From Rhynchobatus australiae (taxonomy: Eukaryota), in NCBI GenBank assembly GCA_034780895.1, contig JAUZTB010000001.1:64678048-64742047 (forward strand): a DNA stretch of 64,000 nt. The letters are read 5' to 3'. Shown here one piece after another: positions 51,246 through 64,000 of the stretch; the first letter of the stretch is position 1, and every line of letters starts with the position of its first letter. A program made the position numbers and the translations under genes. The notes below the pieces were generated by a model that was not told the origin of the DNA, did no database searches, and saw nothing but the letters and a program-made list of their open reading frames with translations.

Positions 51246-52599
51246 AGCACTATCTTTAATAGCCAGCTTAAGTTCCACTCAATAAACAAGTTGGGATATT
51301 CAGAGCGTATCTCTGTTGAAACTGCATTTTATGTTTGTAAGATAAATGATGAAAAGGAAATTTGAAGGAAATGGCAAGTTGAACTTTCTTGTAGAGCTGT
51401 GCCTTGTGGTTCAATATTAACAACAGATTGTGGGGGTGTAAGGGGATGCCTTATGTCTGTACAACTTGTGTGTTATCTCTCTTCTCATAAATAATAGTTT
51501 AATTTCCTGAACCTGAGTTCTCTCAGATATGGTCAGCTCTTCAGAGAAGACTAGATTTAAATATCCGTATGTCTTTATTGCACATAACAAGGCTGGACAA
51601 TACATGATGCATTATTAGAGGAAATGGGATTGTCATGAGTGCTCAGATAAGATACAGATCTTGGTTGGCAAGATAGATCATAAAAGGAAAATGTATTTTG
51701 TTTGGGCAGTGTGAATCACTGGCTAAGAACTTGAATTTCCTTTTGCTAATTGGTTGTTAGGATAACAAGAAACAGGTAGCGTCCTGTCATACATTTCAAT
51801 TGTTCAAGTAGGTCAAAATTGAAACTCCTTTTAGTAATTAATGACCTTGCAAAATATTATTAATGTGGCTCCTAAAGCTACAGCCATCCCTAGTTATTGG
51901 TTCTGTTTTCCATGATGCACATATAATCATTAAGGAAGCTTCCTCTTGAGCAGTGAAAGTTAGCCTGTCTAGTGTTACTCATTGTGAAGATGTTTAATAT
52001 GTGAGAGAGTTTCAGAACTCCGCATACATGCAGTACTTACCAGTGTCATCCTCACTGGACTTCTGTCAAGCATACCCTGAGCCTAGGGGGAAAGACTGGA
52101 GGTCGTTTATGTGACTCAAAAAAGCTGAAAAACTTGAATATCTTGTCATGGTTTGTGCAAGTTTGAGTAGTTTGGTTTTTAATCCTTAGCGTTATGCATA
52201 TGTCTAGTCACATGAATGCTGTCAGACCAATGAAAGATTCATCCTTAAAACAGATACCACTCTGTGAAAATAATGTGCTTTTTGCACCTTGTTGTATCAG
52301 TGACAGAAGTGTTTATGGTTGGCTCATTCATGCACAGACAAAAAAAATCTGATTTGTTTCTCAAAATGAATAGTTACCACCAGAGAAGCATGTTTCAAAA
52401 TTATTAGAGGTTTAGATTAAGGAGCTAAAAGAAATAGGAGGAGAGAGAACAGAAGGAACGAAGCACTTCGGATTTGTAGAATTTAGTTATCTTATCACAT
52501 ATTTAGGTTTTCCTGTTATTCATAGTTAAGATAGTGCCAATAAAAATGATACTGACATTTTTGCAGAATTATTGCTGCAATATTAATACCCTTTAGGGA

Positions 52600-53480
52600 C
52601 AAAGGCACAAACGTATGGCAGTTAGTCTTCAAGCCTGTTCCACCATTAAATATCAGAAACCTGTCGCTCTCAGATTTAAAATTTAACATTTGCTGAGAGT
52701 CAAATGTTATTTTCAAGAGGATTGAAACTATCAGCCATCCTTTGCATGCCAATCCTATAAGGCCTAAGTTTAATTTTTAGGCCAAACTCCCTTAACAAAG
52801 GAAATAGTTTCTCTCTTCCCCCTGATTCCTTTAATCTCTTGAAAACTTGAATCAAAAATCCCTTAATTTACTAAACTCCATGATATACAGCCCTAGTGTG
52901 TATTCCCTCCTCATAATCTGTTCTTTGGAATTCAGATATCATTCAGCACCTCCATTGCCAGTATATTCCTATCAGGGTATTGTGCACAGAACTCTTAAGT
53001 GTTTAGTAAACTGTGTTCCAAGCAGGGCTCTGTATGGCTATGATAAAATATTTACCCTCTAGTTTTTCAGTTCTCTAGGTATAAAATGCAGCATTTCATA
53101 AACCTTGTTTATTTCTGTACCTGGCCATAATATTTTAATTATCTTTATAGATAAACTTTACATCTCTTTGGACTTCCAGCTATTCACCATTTAAATGGCA
53201 TCATGTTCTGCCCTTTTTGGATTCAAAATGGGAGATAATATTTGCCTACCTCATAATCCATTTAATTAATCTATTTTATCCACCAATCTATACTGCTTAT
53301 AATGCTGCCCTTTGTGTTACTGGAAATCTGGGATGTATTAATTATTATCTTGTATAACTTGCTTTTAAGCAAAGTGAATAGTTATGGCCCCGATGCCCAT
53401 CCTTGTGAAATAAAATTAATCACAAAGTAGTGGTGGAAATACCTGCCTGTATTCCTTACTCTGTCTCCTACCAAATCAGT
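52600..53480 (-). mobile_element. Decayed CR1-type LINE
   Basis: Reverse-orientation tail ttcaagcctgttccaccattaaat, aaggaaatagtttctctct, attgtgcacagaactcttaagtg, gtgaatagttatggccccgatgcccatccttg. Confidence 0.65.
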
Positions 53481-53489
53481 ATTCTTTTG

Positions 53490-54210
53490 TATCCATTCAT
53501 GGGATGGTGCATCATCGGAAGAGCCAGCATTTAATAAGTACTCCTAATTGTCCTTGGAAACTACAACAGTGAATCTCCTTGAATTGTTCTGGACCATGTG
53601 GTCAGTTGGGGTTTTACAGCATTTTGATCCTGTCACAATGAAAGAATGGCATATAATACTCAGTACAGGATATGTGACTTGAGGTGGGGGGGCGNNNNNN
53701 GGTGAGAGGTTTTCTACCCTCACTCTTGGCTACAGACATCACTCCAAATACCTGTCAGTATATAAATTGTAGATGGTACACATTGTGTTCATAGTGGAGG
53801 AAATGAATGTTTAAGCTTTTGCCAGTCAAGTGGGCTACTCAGTCTTGGATGAAGACAAATTGCTTTTGTTGATTTGCAGTCTGTGTGAGTAGAGAGTATT
53901 CCACCACACTCAAGACTTGTAGGTGCCAGAAAGGCTTTGGGGCGCCAGAAGATGAGTCGCTCACTGCAGGACAGCACTCTGGTACAGTGGCCACTGTTTT
54001 TATGACTGGTCCAATTAAGTTTCTGGTCATGGCTGATCCACAAGATATTAGTGGAGGATTTGGCAATGGTAAAGCCATTAAATGGCAAGAATAGATGTTT
54101 AGACTGTCTTCTTAGATTTGGTCAATGCCTAGTACTTCTGTGATGGAAATATTATTTGCTAATTATAAGCCATCCCTAAACATTATCAAATCTTGTTGTA
54201 TAATCGCTGG
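53490..54210 (-). mobile_element. Non-CR1 LINE RT C-terminal fragment
   Basis: Minus-strand pieces NILWISHDQKLNWTSH and QVLSVVEYSLL, typical of the C-terminal part of non-LTR RTs. Confidence 0.7.
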
Positions 54211-54954
54211 CAAGAGCAGCTCAGTTCATCCCAACAGCTTATTTGCAATTATCATAAGTTACATTCAGCTATTATGTATTTTGTTACACTGAGCTAAAAT
54301 GTTGTACAAATTTTAAAATGTGCAGGTATTCCTATTGATCTTACTGACAAGGTTATTTGAAATAAAATAACTAATTCATGTAAAATGTTGGTGTACTCCC
54401 GGGTTATAATTCAAACAACGGTGAATGGCAATTAATTCTTGTACTTTTAGTTAAATCTCCTGAGGCTTGTCTTTCGAGATGTTTTAAATAGAATGCTTTT
54501 GAACTTTTGCTAAGTATATTCAGATAACAGCATTAGAGTTCCCCAGGTCTTGTAGTTAAGCTGTTATGATGTTTACTATAAATATTTAAAACTTATTTTT
54601 GTGTAGTAAGTTTTTAAAAAAATCTGATTTTTCAACTGGAGCATTGAATTTGTGTATACATTTGTATATTTTAGGTTTACTTTGAGCTTATATTGGCTTG
54701 ACAATATGCTTAATTGATGTGTGATGACTAATTTATATAATTAAAGGATATATGATTATCAAAACATCTGCAAGTTTACGTCAAAATAATTTTTGAGCTG
54801 ATCATAAAGGAAGGAATTTCTCAATCCNNNNNNNNNNNNNNNNTCCTTTATGTTTAAATTTGAGATTTAATACTTTGATACAGATGAATTCTGTTACAAA
54901 AAATTGGCTATGACACTTAAAGAATTTAACATTTCCACCCCCTGTGTTCAACAG

Positions 54955-55221
54955 CTGATTCCAAAGCCTAGCGAGCAGCCCAGGCAGCATGAAAGTCACC
55001 CTGAAGAAACAGAAGAGGAGCTCCGAGAACATCAGGCCATGCCAGAAGAACAGTATTCAGACAGAGGCATCAACCAGAATGAGTCGGCAACTATGACCAA
55101 AGTGGTGCAGGTCAAACAAGAACCAATTGAAAGCGATGAAGAAGAAGATCAGCGAGAGGAATTGGAGCTGGAACAAAGAAAGAGACAGGCAGAACAACAA
55201 CAGGAGCTACTTTTCAGACAG
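54955..55221 (+). CDS. HDAC4: HDAC4 exon with SUMO site VKQE (K559-equivalent) and acidic stretch (LIPKPSEQPRQHESHPEETEEELREHQ...VKQEPIESDEEE...ELLFRQ)
   Basis: Acceptor ctgtgttcaacag|, donor |gtaatt; 267 nt, phase 0-0. Last exon detected in the window. Confidence 0.97.
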
Positions 55222-56499
55222 GTAATTTTGTGTTTTAGCAAACAAAGATTTGCAGTGTAATTGTCAACTTTTTGTACAAGTTCAGCTAAGTAGTGCAAGT
55301 TGCTTAGAAGTGAAAGGTGAGGGTAATTAAAATTTTTTCAGGTTAGTATTTTATTGCTCAGTCACGTGTGAATGATATTCATTTTACTGTAGGCTTTTTG
55401 TACTGCACTTTGCAGTAATTGGGTCAAAAAAGTGCAGGGAATCCAGCACTTGTGTCATTTGGGAATCTCCTAACTAGCTTAGTTTCCTGAGCCAATCAGA
55501 TGGCAGAATCCATACTCTGAGGTGCAGAATTAAAAACCAAGAAATGACAGTTGAAACATTTAATCGATGCAAAATCATGCCCAAAGTGAAGTGAGATAGG
55601 TTAAGCAAGGGAACAAGAGAAGAAAAAAAAGGAAGAAACAATTTTTTAATATCTTTAACTTCTAGTTGGGAATGAGAGGGGACTTTTTACCAAAGGTAAT
55701 TTTCAGTGGGTCATTCTGTGTCTTCCAGCCCTGGGCTTGATCTTACAGTGGGAACCCGGCTCCCAGTGCATCAACATGGCAGAGTGGTCCTTAGGAGCTG
55801 TCTTAGTTCAAACAGCCAACTGCACTCAGTGGCCTCAACAACCTCTGAGGCTGTATCCCCAGGTTCACTGACTTTGAGTTGTTACCGTTATTGAATGTCA
55901 TTTGAATATACTCAAAATCATGTGTCCGTTCAAAAAACAGATGTTATAAACTATTTTCTGAACTTTTATTTAAAAACAAAGCATACACACATAATTAAAA
56001 ACATTTAAACTTATTTTATAAAATGGAAAAAGATGGCATCTTCTCTTGGCAACCGAGATCTTGCATTTATTTGACTGTTCCTGGTGCACTAGAGCAAGAT
56101 TTAACGGTGTAGGCTCACAATGTGAGATCCAGAAAGTCTACAGAATCTTGCACTGGGCCTCTGGACTCTCAGAAGAGATCACCTGTACAACACGGACAAT
56201 TAATAGGTGGTAGGGTAGAGGACATGGCTGTGGGCTTAAGCACGTGACACTGGGACTTTGTGACAAATTTGAGAAGGTCCCTATATGATCGAGGTCTAAT
56301 ATTTGTCCTACAGAGTTAACACACTTTTTTAAAAAAAATCAAGCAACGTAACATGAAGAATTTTATTTTCTCACATACTTAGTGACTAAGTGACATGTCT
56401 TACATAATTCATCTGTTTGAATATTGAACCTTTCAGTTAATAGCACATTCTCTAGAGGGACAGGTCAACTCAGGCAACACTTCTGATGGAAACATTGAA

Positions 56500-59080
56500 A
56501 ATTTGTAGCACAGAGTGAGGCCATTCCACCCATTATCTTCATGCCAGTTGAAAATTACTGCAGAACCTAATTTCAGCTAGCACAAAACCCGTAGCCTTGA
56601 TGTGACTTAATGTTGGAATCTCCCTGCTCTTACGTTCTGTGCCTCGGCTAATAAAGGATAGTGTCCTGCGTGCCTTTCTAACCATGTCATTGACCTGTCC
56701 TGCTCTCTTTTTGGATCTGCAGACAAGGTTCTCACCACTCAGTGTCCTTCTGCTACTGCAAATCTAACCAAGAAGGATTGGAAAACGATTATTAGAACCT
56801 CCGTTAGTTCTTTTCTGTTAAGAGTCTGAGATCATTTTAAACCTCTTAACCCTCCTTGCTACTTACTCAAAGATTCGGTCAAATTAATCAAATGCAACTT
56901 TCCCTTAACACATTAAAACTAACAGTTTGGATCATACTATGGCTTTCAAAATGAAATCCTTGGAATGGATTCCAATGATGTGCCCACCAAAGATGTGAAA
57001 CTTTCCTTCCCTTCAATATTAGCAGTTCTCCTGCAACCAGGAGCATTGAAAAGGGTCAGAGTCTCCACAATTTCCTCTGTTGCTTCATTTAGCATCTTAG
57101 CATGTGTTTCATTCAGGCCTGCAATCCATTTTCAAAGATGTTAAAGCCCTTTAATATGACCTCTTTCACTATGTGTATTCTATTCAATATTTAACCCTCA
57201 TCCATCTTAACTGCAATATTTGCTTCATCCTCCTCTTTTGTGAAAATAGCATCAAAAACTGACTTACCCACTTCCTTCATCTCCACACTCTGGTGACCTT
57301 TCTCATCACTAATCCTCCCTACTCTTAGTTATCCTCATGATCTTTGTTCTTAGAAAATATTTTTGTATTTTTCTTGATGTTGCTTGCCAATAATTTACGA
57401 CATTCCCTCTTTGCTTTCCTGATTTCCTTTTTAATTTGACTCCTACCCTTGTATGCCTCCTGCTCTGTTAACTTCATCCAGTGGGTCTAGGTTTGGCAGA
57501 TCCCTTTGAGAGAACGTTTTCCATAAATGTTCTGAATCTCCTCCTTGAATGCTGTGTGATTGGTCTCCATGTCCCTGTAGCTGTTAATAGTCCACTTTTG
57601 CTCAATCATTTCGCAGTTTGGTAAAATTGGCCTTACCCAAATTTAGTACCTTTTGGTCCTTTTTATCTTTGTCCTTTTGTGTAATTATGCTAAATTGAAC
57701 CGAATTATAAATCACTGTCACAAAAAGTAACTTCCTCCTTGTTGCTCTTTCTACAAGCCCAGTTTTATTGAATAAAATTAAGTGCAGAACTGCATCCCCT
57801 CTTGTTGGCTTAGTACATAGTGGTTCTCCTGAATGCAATTTAGGAATTTTGTGCCCTCTACACCTTTAGGACAGATTGTATACTAATTAATATTAAGGAT
57901 TTGTATATGTATCATTAACCACAACATAACTCCTTTTTAGTCTATTTTTTCAATCTTGCTATGGTCTGCATTCTGAATTCTCTCTCGAATTTTTTTGCTT
58001 TACTCCCTTCTGAATCTTTTCTCAGCTTCCCATTCCCCCTGCCAAACTAATTTAAACCCTCAAAAGCATTAGCAAACCAATCTGGGGAGATGTTTGTTCT
58101 GAAGCTGTCGGGAGTACCACCCATCTAATCTGTATGTCTCACAGTTCCCAGAACTGGACCCTGGTGCCCCAAGAATCTAAAGTCCTCCCTCCGGTACCAT
58201 CCTTGCACCCGCACATACATCTGCAGAATGCTCCTTTTTCTGTACTTAGTGACACATGGCATCAGGAGCAATCCAGACATTACAGTGCAGCCTCAATATA
58301 ACGCACCTTATTATATTACTGTTTTGTGCATACTGCAGGTATTATCATGTCCCCCCCAAGAAGAAAATTAGGTGAATGTTAATTTCACTTAAAACATGGG
58401 TTACATATAACCCGTGTTATNNNNNNNNNNNNNNNNNNNNNNNNNNNNNNNNNNNNNNNNNNNNNNNNNNNNNNNNNNNNNNNNNNNNNNNNNNNNNNNN
58501 NNNNNNNNNNNNNNATTGTTACCAATGTGGACACTGCCTCTGGTTGTTCATCCTCTTGCCACAGACTGTTCTGCAGGTGTTCAGTGATACTTTGACACTG
58601 TCACCAAAGAGGGTAACATACAATTCGAGAATCTTACCTGCAACCTTAGAAACATCTCTCCACTGCTATAACTGTCAAAGTTGTTGTAACTGTTGTTCTT
58701 GTTACTCTTCTCCTCCTGCCCTATAAAGTTGAGCCACTTGTGTTGTTATGGTCTTGACTCTGGCTGCGTTCCCTGGAGGAAACTTCTTTAGTATTTGAAA
58801 CTGAATACCAGCAAAGGATGAGTATGTTAGAGTGATCTCCTGAATACCTGTTTGGTCTTTTTTAGACCTGCTGGCAATTACCTAGCCTTTCAGTTTGTAC
58901 TTCCTTGAACTGTGGGCTGATCATCTCACGGAATGTGCTACTTGTGAAATACTCCATCTCATGAGTAGACTGCAGTGCCATCGGCGGTTGTTCAAACTTT
59001 AAAACATAGTGTTTAAACTCCTCCACCTGATGACTCTCTCTGTCCCTGGGTTTCCCAGGACGTTGGAAGCATCCAAGAGT
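56500..59080 (-). mobile_element. Fragmented CR1-type LINE(s): 3' tail, RT, endonuclease, ORF1
   Basis: ORF piece KPTRGDAVLHLIL...LNLGKANFTKLRND (APE C-terminus); junction ccccctgccaaactaatttaaaccctc near 58035. Confidence 0.8.
58283..58420. mobile_element. Probable Tigger-like MITE left end nested in the CR1; right end lost in gap
   Basis: ta|cagtgcagcctcaatataacgc resembles pogo/Tigger TIRs; cgtgttat just before the gap could begin the right TIR. Confidence 0.45.
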
Positions 59081-60058
59081 TCTTAGTGCAGGATGTGCTT
59101 TCTATGGGTGTGAGGTGCTCTACTGGATGGTTGCGTTTAATTGGAGATATGCGAATACCCATTGTTGCTGTTATTTGTTCAGTGTGCTCACCATCATTAA
59201 GGAGTAAATGTCAATTCCACAGTAGTTCCATAGAACTACTACTGCTTTTCATCTAAGCAAACAATTTCACACTGTTAACTCTGCCAGTCCCATGACTTTT
59301 CCAGTTAAGGATGTTGTGCTTTCTCCCATTTGTTGCACTTTAACCCATTTGCTGAGTTAAAATTGACCCTTTAACTTTGGTGATTCATACTTTTAGCACA
59401 ATCACATAAATGCAAGACGGATCCCATTTTAGCAGCTGACTTGTCTGATTTCTGTTGCTGCTGCCTGCTACATTTTTCTAATTGTAAATCTTGCAAATAT
59501 GAGACTCCCCTGAGTGCAATCAACTGAAATATATTTTGCACTTGTATTCAAGAGAACAAATAGGCACTCTGGACCATGAATTGTGTGTGGTCTGTGCCAA
59601 AGATAAACACATCTTGGCTTCATGTGTTTATTCAGTTCAGCTGGCTTTATGGGTTGGCTGTGGTCCACATAAACAAACCCCTGGTGATGAAAGGTTTGGG
59701 CCCAGGTTCATTGAATATTTGACTACAGTCTTTGACCAAGATGTGCCCCAAAAGTGTCTGTGTTAGGTTGGTATCTAGTAATCTGATTCTGGAGCACAGG
59801 ACAAACTGTTGAAGTTAGGATGAAAATATTTGTGAGAAGATATGCACCAAATGGTGCTGATCTGTTCCTATCGTATCTTAGACTATTCTTGCATTACATA
59901 AAGCATAAATACAATATATTTGTTGTAAATGGCTTTATATAACAAACCTTACCATTTATGTAGGTTCTCAGTGTAAGTAACTGCATGTTTGGTTGAGACT
60001 TTGCATATGAAATGATTTCTTTTGGTTTACTTGCAGCTCCTAGCTCTGGATCTAACAC

Positions 60059-60365
60059 TGGGGTGGCATAGTGGCACAGCAGGTAGCTCTGCTGCCTCTC
60101 AGATGCTGCACCCAGAGTTTAATACTGACTTCTGGTAATGTCATTGTAGAGTTTGCATGCTTTCCCTGTGGCCATGTGGATTTCTTCCAGGAGCTCCAGT
60201 TTTCACCCATATCCCAAAGATGGGTCCTGTAAATTACCCCTTACTTGGGTAGATGTCAGGAAATGGATACGTGAAGAAAAATAGTTACCTGGAAATAAGT
60301 GTGTGATGGGATTGCCCTGAGAGCCAGCATAGACAATGGGCCAAATGGCCTCTTATGCATAGAAA
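60059..60365 (+). mobile_element. V-SINE (HE1-like), near full length
   Basis: ggtggcatagtggcacagcaggtag head, tgtagagtttgcatgctttccctgtggccatgtggatttcttccaggagctccagttttcaccca core, gggccaaatggcctc CR1-like tail. Confidence 0.85.
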
Positions 60366-60799
60366 ATATGAGATCTTCTGATATAATTTATCACATGCTG
60401 TACATATTGTTACATAATTCAAGAAGCGCAATAATTTGATATTTTAAAACAGTGTCATTTGCAAAGTTGTGCTTCAAAGAGGAAAGCTATCTAGCCCATC
60501 TACATATACCTTCCTGAATAACGTTCTAGCCCCACGTAGAATGTCCACTGGCCTCTGAATAACCCAGAGTATTGTCTTCAATCCAGGCAATATCAGTTTT
60601 GGCATAATACAGGTCTAGGACATTGGTATAGTGTGTTGAGACTAATGTATACCACCAGAAAATGTTCATCAAGTGGAACTGCATGGGGTTTTCTCCATTT
60701 TGAGTTCCTGATCTCAGCTTTGTGTTGCCACATCCCTTTCACCAATCTATTCCCTGCTCTGGATTCATAAGGAAGCAAGTAATAGTGGTAGGGGTAGGC

Positions 60800-62800
60800 T
60801 TTTTTTTGTTAAGGTCATGGCTGATGTAACTTGGTGTCATTTTCCAGCATTGTCCCTACAATCTTCAATTCCCTTAAGGCCCAGAAATCGATCCATCTCT
60901 GTTCTGAGTGAACACAACTGAGCTTCCACAGCCCTCTGGAGTAGAGGATTCTAAAGGTTCACCACACTCAGAGTAAAGAAATTTCTCTACACCCCTTTTT
61001 CTGATACTGTGCCCCTAATTTGAGAGTCGTCAGCAAGGGGAAACATCCTTTATGTATCTAGTCTGTGAAGCCTTTTAAGAATTTTGTATGTTTCAGTGAA
61101 ATCTCAATCTTCTGGCTGCTAGTGCATATAGTCCCAGCCTACTCAGTCTCTCATTAGATAGCAAACTTATCATCTCTGAGAGTTCAACAAAACTCTTGAC
61201 CTTCATGTGAGCAAAATTTTTGCCTCATCTCCATCTTAAATGGGTGATGTCATATTTTTAAACATTGACCCTTAATTCTAGATTCTCCCACCAGAGACAA
61301 CGTCATCTCCACATTGATACTACCAGAACCCCTCAAGCTCTTGTATGTTTCAATGAAGTTGAACCCCTCTCTTCTAAACTCCAGCAGAAACAAGGCTGTC
61401 CATTTCAGGTAGCAGTATAGTAACCTTTTCTGAGCTACTTCCAACACTATATCTTTTTAAAAAAAAAAGGAGACCAATACTGTACACATTACTCTGTATT
61501 AGTCATCACAATGGTCACCCTCTATAACAAAAGTATAACCTTTTACATTCAATTCCACTCACAATAAATAATATCATTCTGTTTGCTTTCCTAATTACTG
61601 CTGTACCTGAATACTACACTTTTGCAAATCGTACAGTCAGGGACACAGATCATTCTGCATTTTAGGACTCTGCAATCTATCACCATTTAGATAATTTGTT
61701 TATTTTTATTTTTCTAACCAAAATGGACAGACAATTTCATATTTTCCCACATTGTACTCCATTTACCAGAGTTTTTGTCCACTCAATTAACCTAACTTTG
61801 TACCCTCCTTCTGACCAATTCACAACTTACTTCTTCCAAAGTGGATGACCTCGTGTCTTTCCACATTAGCAAACTTCAATATTTTACACTTGATCCCCTC
61901 CCTCATTGATATAGATTTGAACAATTGGGATCCCAGAACTGAACACTGCAGCACCTCACTAGTTACAGCCTCCTAAGCCAAAACGTATCTGTTTATTCCT
62001 ACTCTATTTTCTTTTATGTTAACTACCCCACAAGTCATGTGAATATATTACCCCAGTTCTATGTTTTTATAATAACCTCTTATATGGCACCTTATTGAAG
62101 GCCTTCTGAAAGTAGAAATATACCATGTCAACTAAATTTATTAAGCATGATTACCCTTCTATAAGACCATATTGATTCAGCCCATTCCTAGTATTATTTT
62201 CTAAGTGCTCTATTACCATTTCCTTAATAATAGATTCCAACATATTTCTTTTACTGATGTCAGACTAACTAGTCTATAGTTCTGTTTGACCTCTTCTTCC
62301 TTAAGTAGTGGGGTAACATTTGCGAACTTCAATCTGAACGAAGTGTTCTAGTATCTATGGAATTTTGGCAGATGATCTACTATCTCCGTTGCTGTCTCCT
62401 TCAGTATTCTAGGTCATCAGGTCTTGGGAATTTGTTTGCCTTGCAGTCCAACTTCTCCAACACTAATTTTTCACAAATACTAATTTCTTTCAGCTATTCA
62501 TTCACTCCAGACCTGTAGTACTCCACTATTTGCAGGATGTTTTCTGTGGCTTCTACTGTAAAGATGAATGTTTTAAAAAAAAAGTTGTTTAATTTCTCTG
62601 CCATTTCTCCAGTCTTGTTCTGTAAGGATTCTGTAACGTTTTGTTCTGTAATGTTTAAACATTAACTCTTGCCATTCTTTTTCACATATCTATATAGGCT
62701 TCTATGGCCTTGTTTCCTACTAGACTACTTTTGTATTCTCCTTCCCCTTTCCTAATCTATCTCTTCACTCTTCTTTGCTGAATTTTGAAATTTTCCCAAT
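60800..62800 (-). mobile_element. Stacked CR1-type LINE fragments (at least two 3' regions plus RT)
   Basis: Two separate ttgtatgtttca(g/a)tgaa blocks (near 61085 and 61345); ORF piece IETYKSLRG...SLVGESRIKG; ggcaccttattgaaggccttctgaaagt (reverse of DFQKAFNKVP). Confidence 0.8.
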
Positions 62801-64000
62801 CCTAAACCTCAGTTTTTTGTCGAATGTCATTGGACCTTTTTGATTTAATGGTGTCTTTAATTTCTCTTGATGGTTAGTCACTTGTGAGGCTTTTGTGCCC
62901 AAAGACATATCAAGCACTTGTAAACTGTTTTACATTAGCAATTGCTTAGTTTTTCTTGTGCAGTTCTCCTTAATCCACTTTAGCTGCCCCAAGCCTTGTG
63001 CCTTTATGATGTGCTTTATTCAAATTTGGGATCTTATCCCTTACACTATTTCCATGTTTGATTGTATAAATTTTGTCCAACCAGCATTTGATGAATTATG
63101 CCAGGTTCTAAGTGTAACAATCAAATGTTGCATATTTTGTGATTTTTATTACTTGGGCTATGAGTCCTTCATATAATCTTTACATGGTACCTTGAGGCTA
63201 TTGTGCATTTCTATTGACATTAGCTAAGTGATTCCAAGCTATTCTTGGAAGATCTTTTGCATTTGGTTTCTGCAGGGATTTCCAATTGAGTTTACAATTT
63301 ATTTATGTAATCCTTTTATATTAGGTCCCTTGTGATACCTTTTTGTTGCATCCCCCTGCAAGACAGCTCAATGGTGACCTCTGTCTGTAATAAGATTCCA
63401 TTCCTGATCTTATACTGGCATCAAAAGCTTGTGTACTTTCTTCACTGGTTACACACGCAGTGTTGTCTTTAAAACCCCATGAGAGGCAAATGTACTTAAA
63501 ATATACAAGTTTCTGTAAGTTCAACTGAATGAAGACATTTGGGACACAGTAACTACACACAGGGTTGTGCTTAGTGTTTAACTGGAAGGACTCCAGTTAA
63601 CTACATTGAGACATCAAGGAAGAGACTTGGTGTATTCAAAACAATTCTAGACAAATCTCAGTTTGACACTTGACACATTTTATATAGAGGCAAAAGGAAA
63701 AGTAACTATTTCATTAAACTTAGGGAGAGGTTGTAACCATTTGGAACTTCTCATCTAAACAGTGTTGAGATGAGAATAACTCACAGCTGCTGTGAAGGTG
63801 ATGTCATTGCCTTGCATAGGAAACTGAACTGTTTCTGGATAGAAATTTGCCTGGTCTGCCCTTCCTGAGTATTGAGCTAAATCTTCCTGGCTATGGCAAG
63901 CAAAACCATTGACAATGTTTAGCTATTCAGATGGACTGGGGTGAAGCCTCTTAAAAATCTGGGACCTATCAAGTGACAGCTGCCACTGTATCTGTCATTA

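Noticed and set aside
55300-64000. Next HDAC4 exon (QALLLEQQRIHQLRNYQ...) and the deacetylase domain
   Set aside because: No match found by eye; it probably lies beyond the window end, so absence here is not evidence of truncation.

Overview
Eukaryotic, AT-rich, gapped scaffold. The repeat content (CR1/HER1-type LINEs, HE1-like V-SINEs, Deu-domain SINEs, Penelope-like elements) points to a cartilaginous fish; this is inferred, not proven. The whole window lies inside one + strand gene, a class IIa histone deacetylase best matching HDAC4. Seven internal coding exons with AG/GT boundaries and compatible phases encode roughly residues 205-592 of the human protein as I recall it: the 14-3-3 sites, NLS, caspase site, PSLPNI motif and SUMO site. 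The N-terminal exons and the catalytic domain lie outside the window. One exon is interrupted by an undersized N-gap, and one has a tandem 3' acceptor adding DWYLS. The introns (1.8-16 kb) are mostly decayed transposons. The most interesting non-coding signals are (i) minimal hammerhead-ribozyme motifs at the ends of Penelope-like fragments, including an inverted pair just downstream of an exon, (ii) an unclassified fold-back element, and (iii) a CRE/RFX X-box/HRE motif cluster. I see no convincing wholly new biological system. All family assignments are from recalled consensus sequences, not searches, and repeat boundaries are approximate.
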